From: Candidatus Neptunichlamydia sp.
GTDB taxonomy: Bacteria > Chlamydiota > Chlamydiia > Chlamydiales > Simkaniaceae
Assembly (NCBI GenBank): GCA_965233865.1
Contig: OZ247587.1
Coordinates: 32,001-96,000 of the forward strand
DNA: 64,000 nt
Direction: 5' to 3'
The position numbers and the translations under genes are program-made. This document shows, piece by piece, positions 22,127-30,989 of this stretch. The notes beneath the pieces were generated by a model that had not been told where the DNA came from, searched no databases, and was given only the letters and a program-made list of their open reading frames with translations. Numbering within the stretch: the stretch's first letter is position 1; the number at the start of each line of letters is the position of its first letter.

Positions 22127-22747
22127 ATGACTCAAATCAAATTGACTAAAATGGAGTTAAGAGATCAGCAATATAAGCTTAAGCAACTCCAAAAATATCT
22201 CCCAACTCTTCAATTAAAGAAGGCGATGCTTCAGACAGAGGTGAATCAAGCTATTTATGAAATTGAAGGCCTTACTCGAGAATTTTTTGAGCAAAGAAAA
22301 GCGTGCGAAGTATTTCAATCTTTGCTCAGTGATCCTAACTCTGATCTTTTGTATGGAGCTTCTCACGTGAACGAAGTCGGAAAACGGTATGAGAACATTG
22401 CGGGTTCAGAAATCCCCTTCTTTGAAAAAGTGATTTTCAAACCTCATGACTACTCACTTTTTGAATCTCCCCTTTGGGTCGACTCTGCAATGGAGCAAGT
22501 TAAACTGCTTGTTGTTGCTAGAGAGAAAATCGAAGTGGTGAAAGAAAAGAAAAAGATTTTAGAGAAAGAGCTTCGTGAAGTTTCGATTCGGGTGAATCTT
22601 TTTGAAAAAATATTGATTCCCCGCGCTCAAGCCAATATTAAAAAGATCAAAATCTTTTTGGGAGATCAAGAGCTTGCCTCAGTTGCTCAAGCAAAAGTCG
22701 CTAAGGGTAAGATTGAAAAGAGAAAAGAAAAGGAGGCTTTAGTTTGA
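22127..22747 (+). CDS. atpD: V-type ATP synthase subunit D
   Basis: LPTLQLKK, RVNLFEKILIP. Confidence 0.96.
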   Translation: MTQIKLTKMELRDQQYKLKQLQKYLPTLQLKKAMLQTEVNQAIYEIEGLTREFFEQRKACEVFQSLLSDPNSDLLYGASHVNEVGKRYENIAGSEIPFFEKVIFKPHDYSLFESPLWVDSAMEQVKLLVVAREKIEVVKEKKKILEKELREVSIRVNLFEKILIPRAQANIKKIKIFLGDQELASVAQAKVAKGKIEKRKEKEALV

Positions 22748-24666
22748 CGATCATCAAAGTGAAAAAATATCTCTTTATTGGTGTTAAAGAAGATGTTGAT
22801 ACTTTTTTTACGAGAGCTCAAGAGAAAGGCTTTGTTGAGTTTTTATCTACAAAGGTGCGAAGAGCTCTTGCCTATCCTGAGAATGTTCAAAAATTTATGA
22901 CAGCCTTAGCGATTTTGCGCAAACAACCTGTGTTAAAAATGGCGGAGCTTACAAAAGATCTTGATGCTCAAAAACTAGCCCATAGTGTTGTGGAGAATGC
23001 GCAATGGCTCGAGAGGTTAGAAGAGGAAAAGAGACTCCTTGCAGCTGAAATTTCAAGGATTGAACCTTTGGGGGATTTTTCGTTCGAAGAAATTCGAGAA
23101 ATTGAGAGAGACACAGGGCGCCTGGTTCAATTTTTCTGCGTAAAAAAAGCGAAGCTTAAAACATTTGAGCTTGATGAAGTTATGATCTCTATTGGCTCAG
23201 AATATGACATGGAATACTTCATGACAATAAGTCATCAGGTGGAGAGCTTTCAGGGAATAATCGAAATGCATTTTGAAAAATCCCTCTCCCAACTTAAAAA
23301 TGAGCTTGAGATTGCAAACCTTAAGATGGAGCAATGCGCTAAGGAGCTTAAAGAAGATGCGGCATATATTGATTTTTTGAAGGAGCATTTGACCCATGCC
23401 TTGAACCATTATCACCTGGTAAGTGCTTCTGATGATGTCACCACCCATATAAATGACAATTTGTTTGCGATTGAAGGATGGATTCCAGAGAATCGTTTGC
23501 ACGGTCTTTTTCCCTTGCTAGAGGGCTTGGGAATCCACGCAGAAGAAGTAGCCATTGAAGAGGGAGAGAAAATTCCCACTTATATGGAAAACAAAAGTTA
23601 CGGAAAAGTTGGTGAGGACCTCGTTCATATTTTTGACACTCCCGCAACGGGGGATAAAGATCCCTCGAGTTGGGTGTTTTGGGGCTTTGCCGTTTTCTTT
23701 GCGATGATTATTTCTGATGCAGGGTACGGAGCGATCTTTTTAGCTTTAGCACTCTTCCTTCGTAGGAAGTTTAAACATATAAACCCGACAGGAAAACGTT
23801 TTTTACATCTTTTTACAGTTCTTTCATCCTTTTGTATTGGTTGGGGTATTCTAACAGGATCGTACTTTGGTCTTGAGCTTTCACCAACAAATCCATTAAA
23901 CAGAATCTCAGTTATTAACTATATGGCCGATAAAAAGGCTGATTATCACATTAATAAGAGGGACGAAACCTGGAAAGAGAGTGTCCAAAAATTCCCAGAC
24001 CTTGAATGCATTTATGATGGAGCGGAGTTTTTACAAGCAGCAAAAGTGAAAAAAGATGGGTTTACCAAATATATTGTTTTAGATGAGTTCAAAGATAGCA
24101 TTTTTATGGAAATTTCTCTCCTTGTTGGAGTGATTCACATCAGCCTTTCTTTGCTTCGCCATACGAGGCGTCATTGGGCTGGACTTGGCTGGACCTTTGC
24201 TTCTGTTGGAGGATATATGTTCTTTCCAAAAGTTTTAAGTGCGACTTCAATCATTCATTTTATGGGTATTGTCCCAAGGGTAGAAGCTTTTGAAGTAGGA
24301 CAACAGCTCTTTTGGGGGGGGATTGTCCTAGCCCTTATCTTAGCGTTCATTCAAAATAAATGGGCAGGTCTCATTGAGCTTAGCAAACCCATTGAGCTTT
24401 TTGCAGATATATTATCCTATCTCCGTCTCTATGCCTTAGGGTTAGCTGCAATGATATTGGCTGGAACATTTAATGATATTGGGATGCGCCTTGGCTTTGC
24501 TGCAGGGTTCTTCGTCATCTTGATGGGCCATATTGTCAATATTACAGTTGGAATTATGGGAGGAACAATTCATGGCCTTCGTCTCAATTTTATCGAATGG
24601 TATCACTACTCCTTTGAGGGAGGCGGAAGACTTTTTAACCCACTAAAACTATTAAAACCTAAGTAA
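22744..24666 (+). CDS. atpI: V-type ATP synthase subunit I
   Basis: EGWIP, DAGYG, DILSYLRLYALGLA, HGLRLNFIEW. Confidence 0.97.
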   Translation: MTIIKVKKYLFIGVKEDVDTFFTRAQEKGFVEFLSTKVRRALAYPENVQKFMTALAILRKQPVLKMAELTKDLDAQKLAHSVVENAQWLERLEEEKRLLAAEISRIEPLGDFSFEEIREIERDTGRLVQFFCVKKAKLKTFELDEVMISIGSEYDMEYFMTISHQVESFQGIIEMHFEKSLSQLKNELEIANLKMEQCAKELKEDAAYIDFLKEHLTHALNHYHLVSASDDVTTHINDNLFAIEGWIPENRLHGLFPLLEGLGIHAEEVAIEEGEKIPTYMENKSYGKVGEDLVHIFDTPATGDKDPSSWVFWGFAVFFAMIISDAGYGAIFLALALFLRRKFKHINPTGKRFLHLFTVLSSFCIGWGILTGSYFGLELSPTNPLNRISVINYMADKKADYHINKRDETWKESVQKFPDLECIYDGAEFLQAAKVKKDGFTKYIVLDEFKDSIFMEISLLVGVIHISLSLLRHTRRHWAGLGWTFASVGGYMFFPKVLSATSIIHFMGIVPRVEAFEVGQQLFWGGIVLALILAFIQNKWAGLIELSKPIELFADILSYLRLYALGLAAMILAGTFNDIGMRLGFAAGFFVILMGHIVNITVGIMGGTIHGLRLNFIEWYHYSFEGGGRLFNPLKLLKPK

Positions 24667-24819
24667 AAACCTATGAATATTTATCTGAATTTTTCTTTTT
24701 CCTCAGCTTCAAAGTGGCAAAACCACCTCTACCTGACTAAAGTATTAGGTGATTTTCCTACTTTGAACCTGAAAAAAATTTAAAATCATCTAAACATCCC
24801 AAGGCCGTTACTTGGGTTT
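24655..24819. repeat. Long imperfect palindrome (~165 bp) between atpI and atpK
   Basis: AAACCTAAGTAA / TTACTTGGGTTT ends and inner TCAGCTTCAAAGTGGCAAAACCACCT / AGGTGATTTTCCTACTTTGAACCTGA arms. Confidence 0.75.
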
Positions 24820-24841
24820 ACAATCTAGAGGAGAATAACTT

Positions 24842-25264
24842 ATGAACTTTTCAATGATAGGTCCAGCTATCGTTCTTGGCCTTGCCTGTTTAGGGAGTGC
24901 TATTGGATGCGGAATTGCTGGGATGGCATCCCATGGGATCATGGCTCGCGTTGATGAAAATCACGGTAAATTTATTGGTATGTCGGCGATTCCTTCATCA
25001 CAAGCGATTTATGGATTCGTCCTTATGCTGCTTATGAAAAAAGCTATTGTAGCGAATACCTTAACAGCATGGAATGGAATTGGAATTGGGACTTCTATTG
25101 GCTTAGCAATTATGCTTTCTGCGATTTATCAAGGAATGTGTGCGGCGACAGGAATCCAAGCCTCAGCTAAGCAGCCTGCTATTTATGGTAAGTGTTTAGC
25201 AGCCCTTGGGATTGTGGAATCCTTTTCTCTTTTTGCATTCGTATTTGCATTATTATTAATTTAA
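24842..25264 (+). CDS. atpK: V-type ATP synthase subunit K (proteolipid)
   Basis: Four hydrophobic helices; PSSQAIYG; GIVESFSLFAFVF; SD GAGGAG. Confidence 0.96.
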   Translation: MNFSMIGPAIVLGLACLGSAIGCGIAGMASHGIMARVDENHGKFIGMSAIPSSQAIYGFVLMLLMKKAIVANTLTAWNGIGIGTSIGLAIMLSAIYQGMCAATGIQASAKQPAIYGKCLAALGIVESFSLFAFVFALLLI

Positions 25265-25280
25265 GCAGTATACAGCAAGT

Positions 25281-26669
25281 ATGAGGGAAGAAAAAGACTC
25301 GCTGGGGACCATTGAGGTTCCTGAGGATAAGTATTGGGGTGCTCAAACTGAGCGTTCCCGGCAGAATTTTTCTGTAGGGGGGGAGAAGATTCCCATCGAA
25401 GTGGTGTATGGCCAAGCCATTGTCAAAAAAGCTTCCGCGATTGTTAACAATGAGATGGGACTCCTTCCTAATGACAAATGCAATATGATCAAGGATGCTG
25501 TTGATGCTATTTTGAGAGGCGGGCTCGATGAGCATTTCCCTTTGGTTGTATGGCAAACGGGATCTGGTACCCAGACTAACATGAATGTCAATGAGGTGGT
25601 CAGTAATTATGCCATCAAAAAGGCAGGAGGGGTTATGGGATCTAAACAGCCCATTCACCCTAATGATGATGTCAATAAATCGCAGTCTTCCAATGACACT
25701 TTTCCGACAGCAGCCCATATTGCAGCGATCCTCAAAACTAAAAAGCTTCTTCTTCCAAACCTTCAAATCTTTTTGAATGGACTGAGGGAAAAAGCTGAAG
25801 CCTTCAAAGATATTGTGAAAATCGGGAGGACACATCTGATGGATGCTGTTCCCTTAACGCTCGGCCAAGAGTTTTCGGGCTATGCGGCAATGATTGAATA
25901 TGGAATCCGCTCTATCGAGAATGCTATCCCTCATCTTTCAGAAATTGCTCTTGGAGGAACTGCTGTAGGAACGGGGCTTAATGCCCCAAAAGGATTTTCT
26001 GAAAGAGTTGCTGAGGTGATCTCTGAGCTCACAGGAGTTACATTCACGACAGCCCCGAATAAGTTTGAAGCAATTGGGGCTGATGATGGAATGGTAGAAA
26101 TAAGTGGAGCTCTCCGAATGCTTGCAGGTTCTCTTCTCAAGATTACCAATGATATTCGTTGGATGGCATCTGGTCCAAGGTCTGGGATTGGAGAACTTAT
26201 CATCCCGAGTAATGAACCCGGGTCTTCCATTATGCCTGGAAAAGTCAATCCTACTCAATGCGAGTCTCTATCTCAAATCTGTATCCAGGTGATGGGAAAT
26301 GATATGGTTGTTGGAACGGCTGGATCTCAGGGAAATTTCGAGCTCAATGTCTACCGCCCTGTGATGATATATAACCTCCTTCAATCAATGCAACTTCTTG
26401 GAGACAGCACAAAGAACTTTTACGATCGTTGCTTGAAGGGAACAGAGGCTAACCTGGACCAAATTGATATCCTTGTTAAACGCTCTCTTATGCTTGTCAC
26501 TGCCCTTAACCCTGTGATTGGTTATGATAAGGCAGCTGAGATCGCAAAAAAAGCCCACAAGGAAGGAAAGACCCTTCGCGAAGTGGCGTTAGAACTAGGG
26601 TATTTGTCGGCTGAAAAGTTTGACGAAGTGATGGACCCTAAAAAGATGACATATCCACTAGAAAATTAG
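25281..26669 (+). CDS. fumC: Class II fumarate hydratase
   Basis: QTGSGTQTNMN, GRTHLMDA, GSSIMPGKVNP. Confidence 0.98.
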   Translation: MREEKDSLGTIEVPEDKYWGAQTERSRQNFSVGGEKIPIEVVYGQAIVKKASAIVNNEMGLLPNDKCNMIKDAVDAILRGGLDEHFPLVVWQTGSGTQTNMNVNEVVSNYAIKKAGGVMGSKQPIHPNDDVNKSQSSNDTFPTAAHIAAILKTKKLLLPNLQIFLNGLREKAEAFKDIVKIGRTHLMDAVPLTLGQEFSGYAAMIEYGIRSIENAIPHLSEIALGGTAVGTGLNAPKGFSERVAEVISELTGVTFTTAPNKFEAIGADDGMVEISGALRMLAGSLLKITNDIRWMASGPRSGIGELIIPSNEPGSSIMPGKVNPTQCESLSQICIQVMGNDMVVGTAGSQGNFELNVYRPVMIYNLLQSMQLLGDSTKNFYDRCLKGTEANLDQIDILVKRSLMLVTALNPVIGYDKAAEIAKKAHKEGKTLREVALELGYLSAEKFDEVMDPKKMTYPLEN

Positions 26670-26696
26670 GCCCGCTGTAAGCGGACCTGCGTAAGA

Positions 26697-27053
26697 TTAC
26701 TTCTTTTGAGAAATATCGTAACCGAACCTTAATAGCTCAGCAAGGTCAACTTTGACGTAGAAACGCCCGTCTCTAAATGCTTGGACCGTTGCAACTCCAG
26801 TTGCAGTAGTTGTTACAACTGCAAGGATATAAAGAGGAGCATCTCGTTTAGTAGCACCAGAAGTGACTAGTAGTGCACCCGTTCCGGCTGTGATAGAAGC
26901 TGTCATTTTATCCATGTCAAAAAAACTCTTTCCAATTCCAGCGGTAGCAAGTGCTGCAGCACCTAAAACCAATAGCATAGCTCTAACATCACCGTTTTTA
27001 AGATGTTCATTTTCTTTTAGTCTGTTGGTAATAATAGCATCAACTAAAGTCAT
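26697..27053 (-). CDS. Small hydrophobic hypothetical protein
   Basis: 118 aa, three Ala/Gly/Thr-rich hydrophobic segments, SD AGGAG. Confidence 0.65.
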   Translation of the reverse strand: MTLVDAIITNRLKENEHLKNGDVRAMLLVLGAAALATAGIGKSFFDMDKMTASITAGTGALLVTSGATKRDAPLYILAVVTTTATGVATVQAFRDGRFYVKVDLAELLRFGYDISQKK

Positions 27054-27147
27054 TTTTTTCTCCTATTTCCCTATTTGGATGGTTAATTTTGCAAGAGTAT
27101 ATCTGGTGAGGAGATTATTTGTCTCAAATTATTGACTAAAAAATAAT

Positions 27148-27657
27148 TTAATCATTGATGTGAAGCCCTAAGCGGGCCAGGATGAAGCGTAAGACCAGGA
27201 TAGGATGCATAAAAAATTGTTTCAATAGATTAAGGTAGGTGACGCTGTGAATTCTTTTTTTGACTAGCGGAGCATCCTTTTGGCAAGCATCGGAGATCCA
27301 ATCAGGATACGGGGGAGGGAGAGGAGGAATCTCCTGCAGGGGGAAAAAAGAAACTCCTTGAGTTTCTGCTGTGAGTATAGGGGAGCCGGAAGTAATTTGA
27401 CATTCAAAGAAGTGAGTGAAACGAGCTAAGCGGTTGAGAGGAGTGTATTCTGCAATTTTTCGAACAAGAGTGACGGTGTACCCAGTCTCTTCTTCCATTT
27501 CTCGAAGGACGGCGTGCTCGGGTGTTTCATTAGCATCGATCCCTCCTCCAGGAAGGGCCCAGATCGGAACATCTCTTCGTTTAATTAAGAGAATTTCTCT
27601 TCGGTCTGGAGAAAAAACGATTCCATTGACACTTTCTTCTTGATAGCTTTTTGACAT
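27148..27657 (-). CDS. NUDIX hydrolase
   Basis: GGGIDANETPEHAVLREMEEETG Nudix box. Confidence 0.93.
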   Translation of the reverse strand: MSKSYQEESVNGIVFSPDRREILLIKRRDVPIWALPGGGIDANETPEHAVLREMEEETGYTVTLVRKIAEYTPLNRLARFTHFFECQITSGSPILTAETQGVSFFPLQEIPPLPPPYPDWISDACQKDAPLVKKRIHSVTYLNLLKQFFMHPILVLRFILARLGLHIND

Positions 27658-27680
27658 ATAAGATAAATTCTACAAGTGTT

Positions 27681-28109
27681 ATGCGTCTGAGTCAATGTTT
27701 GATTTTTCTTTTTCTTTTCTGTTTTAGCTGTGAGAAGTATTATCTTTCAGTGAAGAGGGAGGCTGTGGACCGAATGAAACTTGCAAGTACTTTTGTAGGA
27801 AGTCCCGATCCTCTTCAAAAAAACCCACCGAAGGGGCAAGAGCTCATTTTAGAATGGCGTTTTCCTGAGGAGGCTCTTCAAGAAGAGCTTGTGCTGGTCC
27901 TTAGTGTTATCTATAAAAACCATACCGAAGAAAAAATCTGTTATCCGATTGACCGTCGTCGAGGTGTAATCACCTATTCTGTTCTTGGCAGTGATTACAA
28001 AGAAACTGATGGTTTCTTGACCTACAAAGCCGAGATCCTTAACAAGGATAATGCCGTCATCAAACAGTGGAAACAGCAGCTTTGGACAAATCTAATTGTG
28101 ATTGACTAG
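27681..28109 (+). CDS. Hypothetical lipoprotein (conserved chlamydial neighbour of valS)
   Basis: MRLSQCLIFLFLFCFSC lipobox; LASTFVGSPDP...TYKAEI...W..QLW. Confidence 0.75.
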   Translation: MRLSQCLIFLFLFCFSCEKYYLSVKREAVDRMKLASTFVGSPDPLQKNPPKGQELILEWRFPEEALQEELVLVLSVIYKNHTEEKICYPIDRRRGVITYSVLGSDYKETDGFLTYKAEILNKDNAVIKQWKQQLWTNLIVID

Positions 28110-28155
28110 TTGTAGCTTTGGCGTTGGTTGCAGAAGATTTCTTTTGATTGCGGCA

Positions 28156-30924
28156 TCAAAGCCCTGATAACTTGGTCTCTGAAGAGTTCAACTTTTCTTG
28201 TGTTTCTTTGAGAGTTGTTTTTGTCTTTTCGACAAGCTCTGGTGGGGCTCTTTCAACAAAATTGGGATTTTTAAGTTGCTTTTCAAAGGAAGTGATTTGG
28301 CCTTTCAGCTTTTCTTGCTCTTTTTTGAGGCGTCCTTTCTCTTTTTCAATAAGCTCTTTTGGAAGAGGAATTGTAATTTTTACCTCTTTGACGAGCGCTG
28401 AAGAGCTGAATCCTGAAGGTTTTTCCTCTGGGTTAAAAGAAAGAGTGTTGATACGGACTAAAGAAGAAATAATGGCGCTATGAAGCTCTATATCTTGAGT
28501 TTCTCCTTCTAAGATGACGTCGGTTGCAGCTGAAGGGGGGAGTTGCATTTCAGCTCGAATATTGCGGATGGAATAGACAATTTCATTGAGAAAAGCAAAG
28601 GACTTTTCAATGTCTGGGTTGATTGCATTTTTATCAATAACTTTTGGATAGGGGGCGGTGATGCAGGCTGGAGATCTTAAGGCATTAATGGCCTCTACTG
28701 TATAGGGGTCGGCCTTTGATTCTTTGAAATGAGGAAAATGTTCTTTTAATTTTTGAAAGATCTCCTCGGTAATAAAGGGAGCTATTGGGTGCATCAAACG
28801 GATAGAGGCAAGCAGGACAATTGTTAATACCCGTTGCTTGTTGATGGTGTTTCCACCCTTCCCAAAAAGGGTGGGTTTGGCCATTTCCACATAGTAAGCA
28901 CAAAATTCATCCCAGAAGAAGGTATAGGAGCGCATTGCTGCCCGATCGAAGTAGTATCCTTCGAGGTGGGTATTCATCTCTTCTATAGTGCGATTCAGAA
29001 CGGAAAGGATCCATTCATCATCCAATGTTAGCGGGCCTAATCCTTTTTCAAAATCTTCAGAAGAGATCTTTAGATTCATGAGGACAAAGCGCGAACCATT
29101 CCACACCTTATTCGTAAAATTCTTGAACTCTTCAAAGCGGCGGCGATCGAGATCGATTTGAGGGGAATGAGTGGCACTTGCAGCAAGGGCCATTCGCATC
29201 GCGTCTGCCCCATAGGTGTTAATAATCTCAATGGGATCGATTACATTTCCTTTTGACTTTGACATCTTTTCCCACTTAGAAAAGGCCTCTTTTTCTGTCT
29301 CGGCCTCTTTTTCTGAGAGGTAGGTGATTCCGCCATTTTTATTTTCTTTCCAGAAAGATTTTCCAAAGATAAGTCCCTGTAGAGAGGTCTCAGCAAAGGG
29401 GACTTCTCCAGTGATGTATTCTCCCATCATGATCATCCGGGCTACCCAAAAAAAGAGAATGTCATGTCCCGTAATCAGTGTTGTGTTGGGGTAAAACTTT
29501 TTCAATTCATTTGTTTTGTGAGGCCACCCAAGCGAGCTAAATGGCCAAAGAGATGAGGAAAACCACGTATCTAACACGTCAGGATCTTGGGTCCATCCTT
29601 TAGGATCCTTTTCAACTTCAGGAGGGTTGCCTTCTCCCTCATAACAAAGTATTTTGCCGGATTCGTGGTACCAGATAGGAATCCGGTGGCCCCACCAAAG
29701 TTGTCTTGAAATGCACCAGTCTCGAAGGTTGTTGATCCAATGGAAGTAGGTGTTTTCCCAGTTTTTAGGGATAATTTTGACTTTTTCAGATTTTACAGCA
29801 TCGATCAGCTTTTCCTTAAAGGGCTCCATCTTGATGAACCACTGTTTTGATAGGAATGGTTCAATGATCGCTTTTGAACGATATGAGACACCCACTCTAT
29901 GAGTATAAGGGACAATCTTATCTAGGTGGCCGAGCTCTTCCATCCGTTTGACGACATGACGGCGAGCTTCTTCCATTGAGAGCCCCTCGTACTCTAGTCC
30001 GTTTTCATTGAGGGTTCCATCGGGATTCAAAATGTTAATGAGAGGGAGGTCGTGTCTTTTTCCCAGCTCCCAGTCGTTGGGATCATGTGCGGGGGTGATT
30101 TTAACTACTCCAGTTCCAAACTCTGCGTCGACGTAGTTATCAGCAATAATCGGAATTTTTCGACCAACAATTGGCAGGATCACGTTTTTTCCAACGAGTG
30201 GTTGATAACGTTTGTCTTTTGGAGATACAGCGACAGCAACATCTCCTAGGATTGTTTCAGGGCGAGTGGTAGCAATGGTTAACTCTCCACTGCCATCCTC
30301 TAGAGGGTAGCGGAAATGCCACAGATTTGTTTCTTTTTCTTCGTATTCGACTTCATCATCAGCAAGAGCTGTTTCGGTCACAGGATCCCAATTTACAAGG
30401 TAGTCTCCCCGATAAATGAGTCCTTCGTCAAACATCTTCTTGAAGAGCGTGCGGACAGCGAGATTAGCATCCTTATCCATTGTAAATCGCTTGCGCATCC
30501 AATCAGATGAGCAGCCCAGTTTTTTTAATTGGTCAATGATTCGCCCTTCTGATTTTTCTTTCCATTTCCAGACATGTCCTAAAAACTCTTCACGATCGAA
30601 ATCAGAGCGTCTTTTCCCTGTCTTGGCAATGAGGTGTTTTTCGACGACTGTTTGTGTTGAAATTCCTGCATGATCTAGACCTGGGAGCCAGAAAGACTCG
30701 TACCCAAGCATCCTTTTCCAACGAATCATCACGTCTTGGAGCGAATTAATAAGAGCGTGCCCCATATGGAGCACCCCCGTCACATTAGGGGGTGGCATCA
30801 CGATGCAGTAGGGTTTCTTATCGGAAAGAGGGTCAACATGAAAGAACCCTTTTCTTTCCCAAAAGTGGTACCATTTTTCTTCAACTAAATCGGGGCTATA
30901 CGCCTTCGGAAGCTCTTCATCCAT
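28156..30924 (-). CDS. valS: Valine--tRNA ligase
   Basis: PPPNVTGVLHMGH, DWCISRQLWWGH, KMSKSKGN, C-terminal coiled coil. Confidence 0.99.
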   Translation of the reverse strand: MDEELPKAYSPDLVEEKWYHFWERKGFFHVDPLSDKKPYCIVMPPPNVTGVLHMGHALINSLQDVMIRWKRMLGYESFWLPGLDHAGISTQTVVEKHLIAKTGKRRSDFDREEFLGHVWKWKEKSEGRIIDQLKKLGCSSDWMRKRFTMDKDANLAVRTLFKKMFDEGLIYRGDYLVNWDPVTETALADDEVEYEEKETNLWHFRYPLEDGSGELTIATTRPETILGDVAVAVSPKDKRYQPLVGKNVILPIVGRKIPIIADNYVDAEFGTGVVKITPAHDPNDWELGKRHDLPLINILNPDGTLNENGLEYEGLSMEEARRHVVKRMEELGHLDKIVPYTHRVGVSYRSKAIIEPFLSKQWFIKMEPFKEKLIDAVKSEKVKIIPKNWENTYFHWINNLRDWCISRQLWWGHRIPIWYHESGKILCYEGEGNPPEVEKDPKGWTQDPDVLDTWFSSSLWPFSSLGWPHKTNELKKFYPNTTLITGHDILFFWVARMIMMGEYITGEVPFAETSLQGLIFGKSFWKENKNGGITYLSEKEAETEKEAFSKWEKMSKSKGNVIDPIEIINTYGADAMRMALAASATHSPQIDLDRRRFEEFKNFTNKVWNGSRFVLMNLKISSEDFEKGLGPLTLDDEWILSVLNRTIEEMNTHLEGYYFDRAAMRSYTFFWDEFCAYYVEMAKPTLFGKGGNTINKQRVLTIVLLASIRLMHPIAPFITEEIFQKLKEHFPHFKESKADPYTVEAINALRSPACITAPYPKVIDKNAINPDIEKSFAFLNEIVYSIRNIRAEMQLPPSAATDVILEGETQDIELHSAIISSLVRINTLSFNPEEKPSGFSSSALVKEVKITIPLPKELIEKEKGRLKKEQEKLKGQITSFEKQLKNPNFVERAPPELVEKTKTTLKETQEKLNSSETKLSGL

Positions 30925-30989
30925 AGGCGACAATTATATCTTGGATACTTTGTGAAATCCAGAAAAATCCGCACAATCTGCTTTTCTCC

